NCBI RefSeq assembly: GCF_963921235.1
Contig: NC_086108.1
Span: 86,120,001-86,184,000 of the forward strand
Direction: 5' to 3'
Length of the DNA: 64,000 bases
Source of the DNA: Mobula hypostoma
Taxonomy: Eukaryota
Made by a program: the position numbers and the translations under genes. Positions 37,598 to 48,708 of the stretch are shown piece after piece (the stretch's first letter is position 1; every line of letters starts with the position of its first letter). Under the pieces are notes generated by a model, which did no database searches, had not been told where the DNA came from, and saw nothing but the letters and a program-made list of their open reading frames with translations.

Positions 37598-38045
37598 GTT
37601 CAAAGTTTAAAGTAAATTTGTTATAAAATTGCATATATATCACCATATACTACCCTGAGATTTATTTCCTTGAAGGAATTCATTGTAGAACAATGAAATA
37701 CAATTGAATGAATGAAAAATACACACAAAGCCAAACAATGAATATGCAAAAGAGGATAATTAATGCAAATACAATAAATAAATAATAGATACTGAGAACA
37801 TGACTCTTAGAGCCCTTGAAAGTGAGTCCACAGGGTGTGAAATCAGTTCAGAATTGAGGTTAGTGAAGCAACAGTGAGAAGGGATCATGACCTGTATGGT
37901 GGGGGTCTCTAATGACGAATGCTGCTTTCTTGTGACAGAGCTCCTTGTAGACATCCTCAATGGTGGGGAAGGCTTTTCCTGAGATGGACTGTGATATATC
38001 CATCACTTTTTGTAGGCTTCTCCATTCTTGGGCTTTGGTGTTTCT
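37598..38045 (-). mobile_element. Rex1/Babar 3' fragment
   Basis: Minus strand carries remnant RT C-terminal codons and the tail ATCTCAGGGTAGTATATGGTGATATA..TTTACTTTAAACTTTGAAC. Confidence 0.65.
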
Positions 38046-38486
38046 TACAGTTATGAAAAGGTTCCTTCATGATCCACCCCACATATCTCTGCAATTGTCT
38101 CCATGTTTTATATTCATCCTATTTATCTCTAGTTTGTATCTCTTGTTTATTCTGAAGTTCAGTCATTTAGGCTTCAGTGCTGAGGCCCTAAACTCCGGAA
38201 TTCTCTCCCTAACTCCATCTTTCTATCTTTATTTCCTCCTTTAAGATATGTCATTAATAGGTACCTACTTGGGTAAAATTTGATCACCTTGTTTTGTGAA
38301 TGGTCATGAGTTCTTGGGTTTGCCAGCTCTCCTATTGGCCAGATACTTCAAGACACATAGAAAAAATACCATCAATGCCATCTCTACAAAATTTTCCAAA
38401 TTCAAGCAAACTAATATAAGTGTCGTCTCACAGACCAATGTCAACTGAAGTACTGGTTACATTTAGTTGGCTAAGATAGCTGGGCC

Positions 38487-38810
38487 TGTGACTAGTGTCT
38501 TGATGAGGATTGTTTGGACCCAACTGCTGGGGTATCTGCAGCAAGGTTTGAGACACAGTATCAGACTGGATCAGAACACAAAACAAATGCTAGACAATAT
38601 TACTAGTAGGCTTACTGTACCAATGGAACAGAGTACTGAACAAATGTTCAGGTGTACCTTAAATACTCAATTTTTGGTGCCCAAAACACGATTATCAATT
38701 AATGGGAATGTTCTAAGCCCTTAAAGAGGCTGCTCAAGCTATCTGTACTCTGGACAGTTAGAGCATTTAATCTCAGAAGCTTGCATAGGGGTTGGGAGTG
38801 TCTTGTAACA
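38487..38810 (-). repeat. 3' LTR of the Gypsy element (324 bp)
   Basis: TGTGAC...GTAACA termini. Polypurine tract (minus strand GGAGGGGGTCC) abuts at 38811-38821. Homologous to 43434-43577. Confidence 0.85.
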
Positions 38811-41800
38811 GGACCCCCTCCACTACGGCTGACTCCTGATGGACCAGGTTGTTCGGAGAGGTGGTGATGGTAATCATGGATGCGAGTTGGGTCCAGGATG
38901 TCTCGTTCCAGCACCCAGCATCTTTCCTCCGGTCCGAATCCATCCCAGCCCACTAGGTATTGATGAACACCTCAAACAGTATGTGAGTGCAAAAGATTGT
39001 TCACCATGGAGACCTATTCCTCCTTTATAAACATAGGTGTCAGCGGGGCCGATGCTGGTGGGGCTAAGGGGCTGGTGCATACAGGTTTTAATTTAGAAAT
39101 GTAGAAGGTGGGAGTGATCTTCAAGGTCTTGGGAAGTTTCAAGGTGTAAGCCATCAGGTTTACTTTCCTTAGGATTTCAAAGGGTCCACTGAACTTGGGC
39201 ACCATCTTTCTAGATTCTACTTGGAGAGACAAATCATGAGTGAGCAGCCAGAATTGTTGCCCAGGCTGTAATGTGAGTCCCGGACTTCTTCTGTTTGCCT
39301 TGGTCTCTGTTCTTCGGGTAGAGAACAGCAACATCTCTCTTGCTCTCATCCATTTCTCCTTGCAGCGTTGGACAAGATCCTTTGCTGCAGGGACAACAAT
39401 CTCAGCTTTTTGTACCAGAAAGAGAGGCAGGATATAACCAAATTGGCAATCGAACTGTGACATTCCATGCACCAAATGCTGTAAAATGTTGTGGGTGATC
39501 TCTGCCCACATTCAATAGTCACACCACTCGTCAGGTCTTTCCAAGGCCAGGCATCTCAGAGTATGTTCTAATTCTTGTCTGGTCCACTCATTCTGGCCGT
39601 TGGACTGCGGGTGAAACCCAGAGGAAAGGCTTGCTGAGTTTACAGAAAGCCTTCCAGAGATGTGATAAGAATTATGGACCACAAACCGAGACAATGTCCA
39701 TCAGGAATCTGTGGACCCTGAAGACCTGATCCAGAACAATCTCGGCTATCTCCAGCATAGAAAGTAGCTTCTTCAAGGCAATGAACTTGCAGGCTTTCGA
39801 AAACTGACCAACAACCACCGTGATGACTGACTTTCTCTTGGATGGTGGGAGACCAGTGACAATGTCTATGGAGATGTATGCCCAAGGTCTCTTAAGAACT
39901 GGTAGGGGGTGGAGGAGGTTGGGGACAGGTCTCCTTGTTCCGGGCACACACTTTGCATGCCTGCATGTACTGCTAAACATCTCTTGTCATTCTGGGTCAC
40001 CAATACCTCCTCTTGATACACTCGAGTGTCCTGGCCATTCCCAGGTGTGTGGACATTCTTGACGAATTGCAGTTCCTGGGACTGGACACAACTTCGGATG
40101 AACTTGGGAGGATTGTGCTCAGGAATCCCCTCTTGTGGTGGGGCGTAGTGAACAAGAACATTGATTCCCCAATGAATTGGCACTACCACTCTGGCTTGGG
40201 GCATAATGGTGGTAGGCTGCTCCCCTCTCTCATTCTGGTTCATCAAACTGGCATGACAGGGTATAGGCTTCTGGTTCTTAGACCCCGGTTGATAGGTCAG
40301 GATGAAATTAAACCAGTTAAAAATCAAAGACCACCTGGCCTGCCTGGAATTCAGCCTCTCGGCCTCTTGAATATCGGCTAAGTTTTTATGGTCAGTCTAA
40401 ATGATAAAAGGAATCTTGGCACCTTCCACCCAGTGACGCCATTCCTCCAAAGCTAACTTAACGGCAAGAAGCTCCTGTTTCCCAATGTCATAGTTCCTCT
40501 CTGCCAGGGATAACCACCTGGAGAAGAACGCACATGAGTGCAGTTTGCTGTCCAAAGGTGATCGTTGAGATAAGATGGCACCTACTCGACGTCTGAGGTG
40601 TCCACCTCTACAATGAAGGGAAGGTCCGAGTTAGGAGAAGCCAAGGTGGGAGCTGTAGTAAACCGCTGTTTAAGCTCTGCAAAGGTTGCCTCTGCTTCAG
40701 TAGTCCAGACAAAGGGGCCCGTGGATTTCTTAGTTAGGGCCATCAGTGGAGCTGCCACTGAGCTGAAGTTCCTGATGAATGGTAGAAGTTAGCAAGCCCC
40801 AGGAATTGCTGGACCTGTTTGATATTGGATGGTGGTGGCTAGAGCTTCTGACTGCATGGGTCTTGGTAGGGTCCATCCCAAGATTACCACTAAAGATAAA
40901 ATGAAACAGTTGTCACATGAAATTCGGACTTCTCCAACTTCATGTGAAGTCCATGGTCTACTAGCTTCTTTAAAATGTCCCTGACATAAGCGATGTGCTC
41001 CTCCCTGGACTTTGAAAAGATCAGAATATCATCCAAGTAGACAAAAGCATATTTATGGAGAGTATCCCGAAGCACATCATTTATAAAGACTTAGAAAATG
41101 GCTGGAGTGTTTGCAAGATCAAAGGGCATAACCTGGTACTCATAGTGCCCTTTCAGTGTATTCAAAGCTGCTTTCCACTCATTGCCCTCCCTGATATGGA
41201 CCAGATTGTAAGAACTCCAGAGGTCTAATTTTGTGAACACCCTCACTCCTTGGAGCATCTCTAAAGCCGTATTCATAAAAGCAAAGGGGTAGCAATTCTT
41301 GGTTGTTATGTGGTTTAATCTCCTGTAATCAATACACAGCTGCAGGCTCCCGTCATTCTTTTGTAAGAAGAAGAAACCTGTGCCAGCAAATGGGGAGGAG
41401 GGGCAAATGAAGCCCATAGCAAAAGCTTCCTTTATATACTCGATGGTGCTTCTCTATGGGCCTAAGGCTGCATACAAACAACCCTGCGAAGGACAAGAAG
41501 CGGGTAGCAGGTCTATGGCATAGTTGTAGGGTTGGTGCAATGGAGGTTACGGCCTTTCCCTGGCTGAAGACTTCCTGTAAGTTCTTGTAAACAGAGGGGA
41601 TTTTGAGTGGTTTGGGTGAAGCTATCTCCTCCAGACCTTCCTTTGAGTACAACTCCTAAGTCTTTTTTTGGTAACCGGGTGATTTGACAATCTTCAGAGT
41701 CCTCTCTCAGAGCTCATAAAGTTCATCTGTGGAAACAGAGGCCAAATCAGAATCCGACTCCCTCTCTGAATCCTCGGCAACAGCAACGAGGAGTTACAGA

Positions 41801-42480
41801 GGGTTCTTGCATTCCTGGAAATAAGCTTCAAGGATTGGCGTAAAGCAGTCTTTCCCTTCCCAGAGACCTGTTGGCTGGTTTTCTTCAGCTTAGCAGCAAG
41901 TCTCCCAGACTACCCAGGCATCATCTTGGTCGTCTTCTGACTTAGGAGTTCCCTCTCTAATTCCTGTGGAATTCCAGCTAGCCTGTGTCAGGACTCGCTC
42001 TGTCCCATTGGCCAGAACTGGCTTGTCCACTCTTGAAGACTGGACTAGGTCTCCAGAAGGTTTCAGGTTATCTTGAACTGAAGCCTGCCCCCTTATAGAT
42101 CGTTGGCCACTAGAGAGACTGGGCATCAGAACACCATGCTGTAAGCAAAGCCTCATACAATGACTGGACCAAGCAACGATTCTCCCCACTCTCCAGTCCA
42201 CGGAAGGGTTATGTCGGGACAGCCAAGGGTACGTGAGGGTCAGAGATGTAGAAACTAACGTCATCCACATGATCCCTTATCCTCAGCTGCAACACCACAG
42301 CGTGTTGCTGGATCTGTCCGGAACCTAGCTCTCAGCCGTCCAAGACAGTTTCAGGTAAGGACTGGCTCAACTCTCACAGTGGTATGTTGAACCGACGGGT
42401 GGTCTCTAAATCCAGAAAATTACCTGCTGCCCCATCCACAAAAGCCGTCACCCGACTCAATGCTTACCCAGGTGAACTCT
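38811..42480 (-). pseudogene. pol: Gypsy pol (PR-RT-RNase H-IN-chromodomain), multiple frameshifts and stops
   Basis: ORF fragments 41890-42270, 41353-41652, 41091-41417, 40890-41075, 39866-40327, 39672-39980, 39512-39694, 39014-39511 and 38699-38953. Confidence 0.88.
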
Positions 42481-42499
42481 GTGTTGAGCACAAAACCAG

Positions 42500-43360
42500 G
42501 ATCCGTGGGACTGGGCGTAGTGGCTGCGGCCGTCACTGTCCTCCTTAGCAGCTCCCCAGGTGGCTGCAGCTTCAGACGTTCGGCCTACAGATGACCTGCT
42601 TCCCTGCAGTAAATGCTGCAAACTTGAATCTGAAGCCGGGACCTCTCATCAGCGGAGAGTCTAGTGCAACCGACCTGTATGGGTTCAACTGGATCTTGAG
42701 TAGGCGACGGGCTGGTCGTAGTCTGGGTTTTGGGGAGTGGAACTGCCATGCGTCGGGACTGGGCTCGGACTGGCTCTCTTTGATCTCCTGAAGTGGTCCC
42801 ACTTTCGCTCTGTCGGACAATTATTAAGATGGATGGACTGGATGATCAGAACCTCTAAGTTCTCAGCTGGCTCTCCCAAGGTGAGAGCATCCTTCAGTTC
42901 CTCTCGGAGTCTGTGGCGGTATCGTGTAGCCAAGGCCTCCCCATTCCAACTACTCTCCTGGGCCAAGGTCTGAAACTTGATTGCGTAGTTGGCCGCTAAC
43001 CACCCCTTTGTCGAATCTTTATTAGTTAGTCTGAGGTTTGGCTAACTCCCGTCAGAAGAGAGATAATGAGGGCCACCTATCCACGTTCTGAAGGAAACCG
43101 GGGCGGCTGGAGTTCAAATGCTAATGAGCATTGGACAAGGAAGCCGTAGCAAGAACCAGGGTTGCCATTGACTCTCTCCAGGGTTGGAAGATAGACTGGC
43201 TCTGCAGAGTGTCTGACAACCTCATCCGAGCGATGTTGGCTTCCTCCCTACAATAGCTGGCAAACTACTGGAGGTCGTGTATCTCCAGGTTCTGTCTGGA
43301 AATTTTCTCGCCATGACTGACCACCGCTGCCAAAAGGCTCCGATGCCCCATAGGTTCCAT
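42500..43360 (-). pseudogene. gag: Gypsy gag, disrupted
   Basis: ATG GAA CCT at 43360 just inside the 5' LTR. Retrotransposon-gag-like segment YAIKFQTLAQESSWNGEAL..LKDAL. Confidence 0.7.
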
Positions 43361-43373
43361 GTGCATGGAACCT

Positions 43374-43419
43374 GTGGCCTACTCCTGCACCTATTTTCTA
43401 TGTTTCTATGTTTCTATGT
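43374..43419 (+). mobile_element. Ultra-short CR1 3' tail insertion in the Gypsy leader
   Basis: GGCCTACTCCTGCACCTATTTTCTATGTTTCTATGTTTCTATG is the CR1 terminal arm plus (TTTCTATG)n repeat. Confidence 0.75.
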
Positions 43420-43433
43420 TGGCTCAATCGTAC

Positions 43434-43577
43434 TGTAACGAGAGTCTTGATGAGGATGATTTGGACTCAAATACTGGGACAACTGAAGCAAGGTTTGAGA
43501 GCTGGTATCAAACTGGATCACAGCACAAAACAAATGCAAGATGATATCACTAGAAGGCTTACAACTGAGCACTGAAC
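43434..43577 (-). repeat. Remnant 5' LTR of the Gypsy element
   Basis: TGTAACGAGAGTCTTGATGAGGATG.. aligns without gaps to 38487 onward for about 130 bp (about 24 mismatches by hand), then switches to CR1. Confidence 0.85.
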
Positions 43578-45904
43578 CATGCAGCTAGATGTCTTGGTAC
43601 ATATTAGTACCAATGACATAAGAAGGAAAAGCAAAGAGGTCCTGAAAAGAGAATTTAGAAAGCTAGGTAGAAAGCTGAGAAGCAGGACCTCCAAGGTAGT
43701 TACTTCTGGATGACTGCCTGTGCCACATGCCAATGAGGATAGAAACAGAGTGACTTGACAGATAAATGCACGGCTGAGAAGCTGCTGTAGGGGGCAGGGA
43801 TTCAGGTTCTTGGATCATTGGGATCTCTTCAGGGGGGAGGTATGACTTGTTCAAAAGGGACGGGTTGCATCTGTAACTAAGGGGGAATAATATTCTCGTG
43901 GACAGGTTTGTTAGAGCTGTTGGGGAGGGTTTAAGTGAATTTGACATGGGGTGGGAACTGGAGTGAAGGGATTCGGGATAGGACAGATCGTAAAAAAGCA
44001 AAGACAGCATGCAGTCAGACTGTTAGGAAGATCAGGCAGATGATAGGACAAAATTCCAGCCATCAGGGTGAGTATTAGTATATTAGGGATGCAGAATCAA
44101 AAAGTGTAGCAAATACAGTACTAAAAATGTTATATCTCAATGCACGGAGTATAATAAATAAGATGGTTGATCGGTTGCACTATTACAGACTGCCAGGTAT
44201 GATGTTGTGGCCATCACTGAATCGTGGCTGAGATGCTTGTAGTTGGGAACTGAATGTTCAAGGTTACACGTTGTATTGGAGGGATAGGAAGGTAGGCAGA
44301 GGGAGAGCGAGGCTCTGCTGGTAAAGAATGGCATTAAATCAGTAGAAAGATGTGACATAGGATCAGAAGATGTTGAATCCTTTTGGGTTGAGTTAAGAAA
44401 CTGCAAGGGTAAAAGGACCCTGGTGACAGTTATATACAGGGCTCCCAACAGTAACTATGAACCACAGTTTACAAAAGGAAATAGAGAATTCATATCAAAA
44501 GGGCAATGTTATGATAGTCATGGGAGATTTCAACATGCAGGTCATTTGGGAAAATTAGGTTGGTAATGAATCTCAAGAGAGTGAGTTTGCTGAATGCCTA
44601 GAAGATGGCTTTTTAGAGCAGTTTATCATTGAGCCTACAAGGGCATCAGCTACACTGGATTGGGTGTTATGTAATGAACCAGAGGTAATTAAGGAGCTTA
44701 AGGTAAAAGAATCCTCAGGAGGCAGTGATCACAATATGATTGAGTTCAACTTGAAATTTGATAGGCAGAAAGTAAAGTCTGACATAGCAGTATTTCAATG
44801 GAGTAAAGGAAATTACAGTGGTATGAGAGAGGAGTTGCCAAAGTTAATTGGAAGGAGCTGCTGGCAGGGATGACAGCAGAGCAACAATAGTGTGAGTTTC
44901 TGGAGAAACTGAGGACGGTGCAGGATAGATGTATTCCAAAAACAAAGAAATACTCAAATGGCAAAATACTACTCTGCCTGACAAGAGAAGTCAAAGCCAA
45001 TGTAAAAGCAAAAGAGAGGGCATACAACATCACAAAAATTAGCAGGAAGATTGAGGATTGGGAGGCTTTTAAAATCTACAGAGAGCATAAAAGAATCATT
45101 AGTAGGGAAAAGATGAAATATGAAAGCAAACTAGCAAACAAAATCAAACTGGATGGTAAAAGCTTTTTCAAGTATTAAGAAATAAAAGGGAGATGAGGAT
45201 GGATATAGGACTGTCAGAAAATCAAGCTGGAGAAATAATATTGGGGGACAATGGGATGGCAGATAAACTAACTGAGTATTTTGCATCAATCTTCATGGTG
45301 GAAGACTCTAGCAGTGTGCCATGTGTTGAAAGGTGCAAGGGAAGAGAATTTAGTGCAGTTACTATTACAAGGGTGCTCAAAAGTTGAAAGACCTAAGGGT
45401 ATATAAGTCAGATGAACTAATTCTCCCAGGTTTCAGAAAGAGGTAGCGGTGGAGATTATGGAGGCATTAATAATGATCTTTGAAAAATCTTTGGATTCTG
45501 GTATGGTTTCAAAGGTTTTAAAGGCATATTTAATGTCAAAGAAATGTATACAATATACATCCTGAAATGCTTTTTCTTCACAACCATCCATGTAAACAGA
45601 GGAATAGCTCCAAAGAATGAATAATGGTTAGAACCCCTAAGTCCCCCCCCTGCAGCTCCCCTCCCTCCCGTGCGTAAGCAGCAGCAAGCATCAATCCCCC
45701 CTCCCCCCACCGGCAATAAAAACCATCGGCACCCGCCGCTGAGCACGCAAGCGTGAGCAAAGCAACAGCAAAGACATGACTTGCAGTACCTCAACGACTA
45801 CTTGTTCACCCAGTATTCGACATGCCACAGGCTCTCTCTTTCCCTAATAAGAGAGAAAGAGATGTCTCCATTTCACAGCTAGAGGGGAGACTTAACAGCT
45901 GGTT

Positions 45905-48527
45905 TATAGTCATATAGTCATACTTTATTGATCCCGGGGGAAATTGGTTTTCGTTACAGTTCCACCATAAATAATAAATAGTAATAGAACCATAAATAGT
46001 TAAATAGTAATATGTAAATTATGCCAGTAAATTATCAAATAAGTCCAGGACCAGCCTATTGGCTCAGTGTGTCTGACCCTCCAAGGAAGGAGTTGTAAAG
46101 TTTCCGGCCACAGGCAGGAATGACTTCCTATGATGCTCTGTGCTGCATCTCGGTGGAATGAGTCTCTGGCTGAATGTACTCCTGTGCCCATCCAGTACAT
46201 TATGTAGTGGATGGGAGACATTGACCAAGATGGCATGCAACTTAGACAGCATCCTCTTTTCAGATACCACCGTCAGAGAGCCCAGTTCCGTCCCCACAAC
46301 ATCACTGGCCTTACGAATAAGTTTGTTGATTCTGTTGGTGTCTGCTACCCTCAGCCTGCTGCCCCAGTGCACAACAGCAAACATGATAGCACTGGAAACC
46401 ACAGACTCATAGAACATCCTCAGCATCGTCCAGCAGATGTTAAAGGACTTCAATCTCCTCAGGAAATAGAGAGGGCTCTGACCCTTCTTGTAGATAGCCT
46501 CAGTGTTCTTTGACCAGTCCAGTTTATTGTCAATACATATCCCCAGGTGTTTGTAATCCTCCACCATGTCCACACTGACCCCCTGGATGGAAACAGGGGT
46601 CACCGGTACCTTAGTTCTTCTCAGGTCTACCACCAGCTCCTTAGTCTTTTTCACATTAAGCTGCAGATAATTCTGCTCACACCACGTGACAAAGTTTCCT
46701 ACAGTAGCCCTGTACTCGACCTCATCTCCCTTGCTGATACATCCAACTATGGCAGAGTCATCCGAAAACTTCTGAAGATGACAAGACTCTGTGCAGTAGT
46801 TGAAGTCCGAGGTGTAAATGTTGAAGAGAAAGGGAGACAAGACAGTCCCCTGTGGAGCCCCAGTGCTGCTGATCACTCTGTCTGACACATAGTGTTGCAA
46901 GCACACGTACTGTGGTCTGCCAGTCAGGTAATCAAGAATCCATGACACCAGGAAAGCATCCACCTGCATCACTGTCAGCTTCTCCCCCAGCAGAGCAGGG
47001 CAGATGGTGTTGAACGCACTGGAGAAGTCAAAAAACATGACCCTCACAGTGCTCGCTGGCTTGTCCAGGTGGGAGTAGACACGGTTCAGCGGGTAGACGA
47101 TGGCATCCTCAACTGCTAGTCGGGGCTGGTAGGCGAACTGGAGGGGATCTAAGTGTGGCCTGACCATAGGCCGGAGCAGCTCCAGAAAAAGTCTCTCCAG
47201 GGTCTTCATGATGTGGGAGGTCAATGCCACCGGTCTGTAGTCATTGAGGCCGCTGGGGCACGGCGTCTTCGGCACAGGGACGAGGCAGGACGTCTTCCAC
47301 AGCACAGGAACCCTCCGGAGCCTCAGGCTCAGGTTGAATACATGGTGAAGTACTGCACATAGCTGAGGGGCACAGGCTTTGAGCACCCTGGTACTGATAC
47401 CATCCGGTCCTGCAGCCTTGCTTGGGTTGAGATGTTTCAGCTGTCTTATCACCCGTTCAGCCGTGAAGCCCACCGTGGTGGTTTCGTGTGGGGGAGGGGT
47501 ATAGTCATGAGAGCAGGGTGGGAGAGTGGAATATGTGTTGAGTGGGGGCCGACAACAGATGGCTCATGTGGGGGATGGGCAGGGGTCACAATGTCAAATC
47601 TGTTAAAGAACAGGTTAAGTTCATTGGCCCTGTCCACACTGCCCTCAGCTCTTCTGTTGCTAGTTTGCTGGAACCCAGTGATGGTCCTCATCCCACTCCA
47701 GACCTCTCTCATGTTGTTCTGCTGGAGTTTCCACTCAAGCTTCCTCCTGTACCTGTCTTTAGCCTCCCTGATCCTGGCTTTCAGGTCCCTCTGTATTGCC
47801 CTCAGCTCCTCCCTATTTCCATCTCTAAACACCCTCTTTTTAGCGTTCAGGATGTCCTTAATGTCCTTTGTCACCCATGGCTTGTTATTTGAATAACAAG
47901 GGACAGTTCTTGTCGGAACATTGCAGTCCACACAGAAACTGATGTAATCAGTGATGCACTCTGTGAGCCCATCAATATCCTCTCCATGTGGCTCACAGAG
48001 TGCCTGCCAGTCTGTCACCTCAAAACAACCCTGGAGCGCCTCATAAGCCTCCTCCGACCATTTCCTCACTGTTCTCGAGGTTGCAGGTTTACTCTTCACC
48101 AGAGGCACGTAGTAGGGTTTTAGATGCACCAGATTGTGATCTGACCTTCCCAGTGGGGGGAGGGGAGAGGAGCTGTATGCATCCTTAACGTTAGCGTACA
48201 TCAAATCCAGAGTCCTCTCCCCTCTGGTTGTACAGCTCACATACTGCATAAAGTTGGGCAGTGTTCTAGCCATGGTAGCCTGGTTGAAGTTACCCGAGAT
48301 GGTAAAGAGGGCAGTCGGGTGCTGAGTTTGTAATCTGGCTATGACGCTGTAAATGTTGTTACACGCCGACGTCAGGTTGGCAGAGGGAGGGATGTATACA
48401 ACAACCACAATTGCATGCGAGATTTCCCTTGGCAAATAATATGGCCGGAGTCCAACAGCAAAAAGTTCAGTATCTGGGCTACAGACCCGTTCCTTGATTG
48501 TAATATGCTCAGGATTGCACCATCTGT
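45905..48527 (-). mobile_element. Young 5'-truncated Rex1/Babar LINE
   Basis: APE remnant (VVVYIPP, SGNFN, GRSDHNLVHL) and RT (DYRPVALTS, FFDFSSAFNTI, PQGTVLSP, FSDD). 3' AATAAA plus (TATGACTA)n tail at about 45905-45930. Confidence 0.92.
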
Positions 48528-48708
48528 TAAAAGTCCAGTGCGTCACTTTTTTCTGAGCTCTGTGCCCAAAGATCTCAGGTCTCTGGGCACACAGCCAGAG
48601 ATCTCCCGTCTCCAACGACACACTGATCTCCTGCAGAGGCACTGGCCTCCGATTCCCGCTTCCCCCCCCCCCCCCATCTCCAGAGCCACAAAATCTTGGT
48701 CCCCCCAA
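46064..48708 (-). pseudogene. Rex1 ORF2 (APE-RT) in two overlapping frames, with a chimeric N-terminus
   Basis: ORFs 47449-48708 (419 aa) and 46064-47473 (469 aa) are joined by a frameshift in the Pro-rich linker. The first ~60 codons lie outside the LINE. Confidence 0.85.

Larger units (their letters stand above)
38487..43577 (-). mobile_element. Ty3/Gypsy chromovirus (sushi-type) provirus, decayed; 5' LTR truncated by CR1
   Basis: Gag (ESSWNGEALATRYRHRLREELKDAL), protease region, RT ([28 protein letters not shown]), RNase H, integrase (ISIDIVTGLP, SGFHPQSNGQNE, PKFSGPF) and chromodomain (WDGFGPEERCWV), in Gypsy order. Confidence 0.92.

Noticed and set aside
46140..48188. Plus-strand ORFs of 66-154 aa opposite the Rex1 ORF2
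   Set aside because: Antisense shadows of a coding LINE frame. The same applies to plus-strand ORFs opposite the CR1 at 26.5-28.8 kb.
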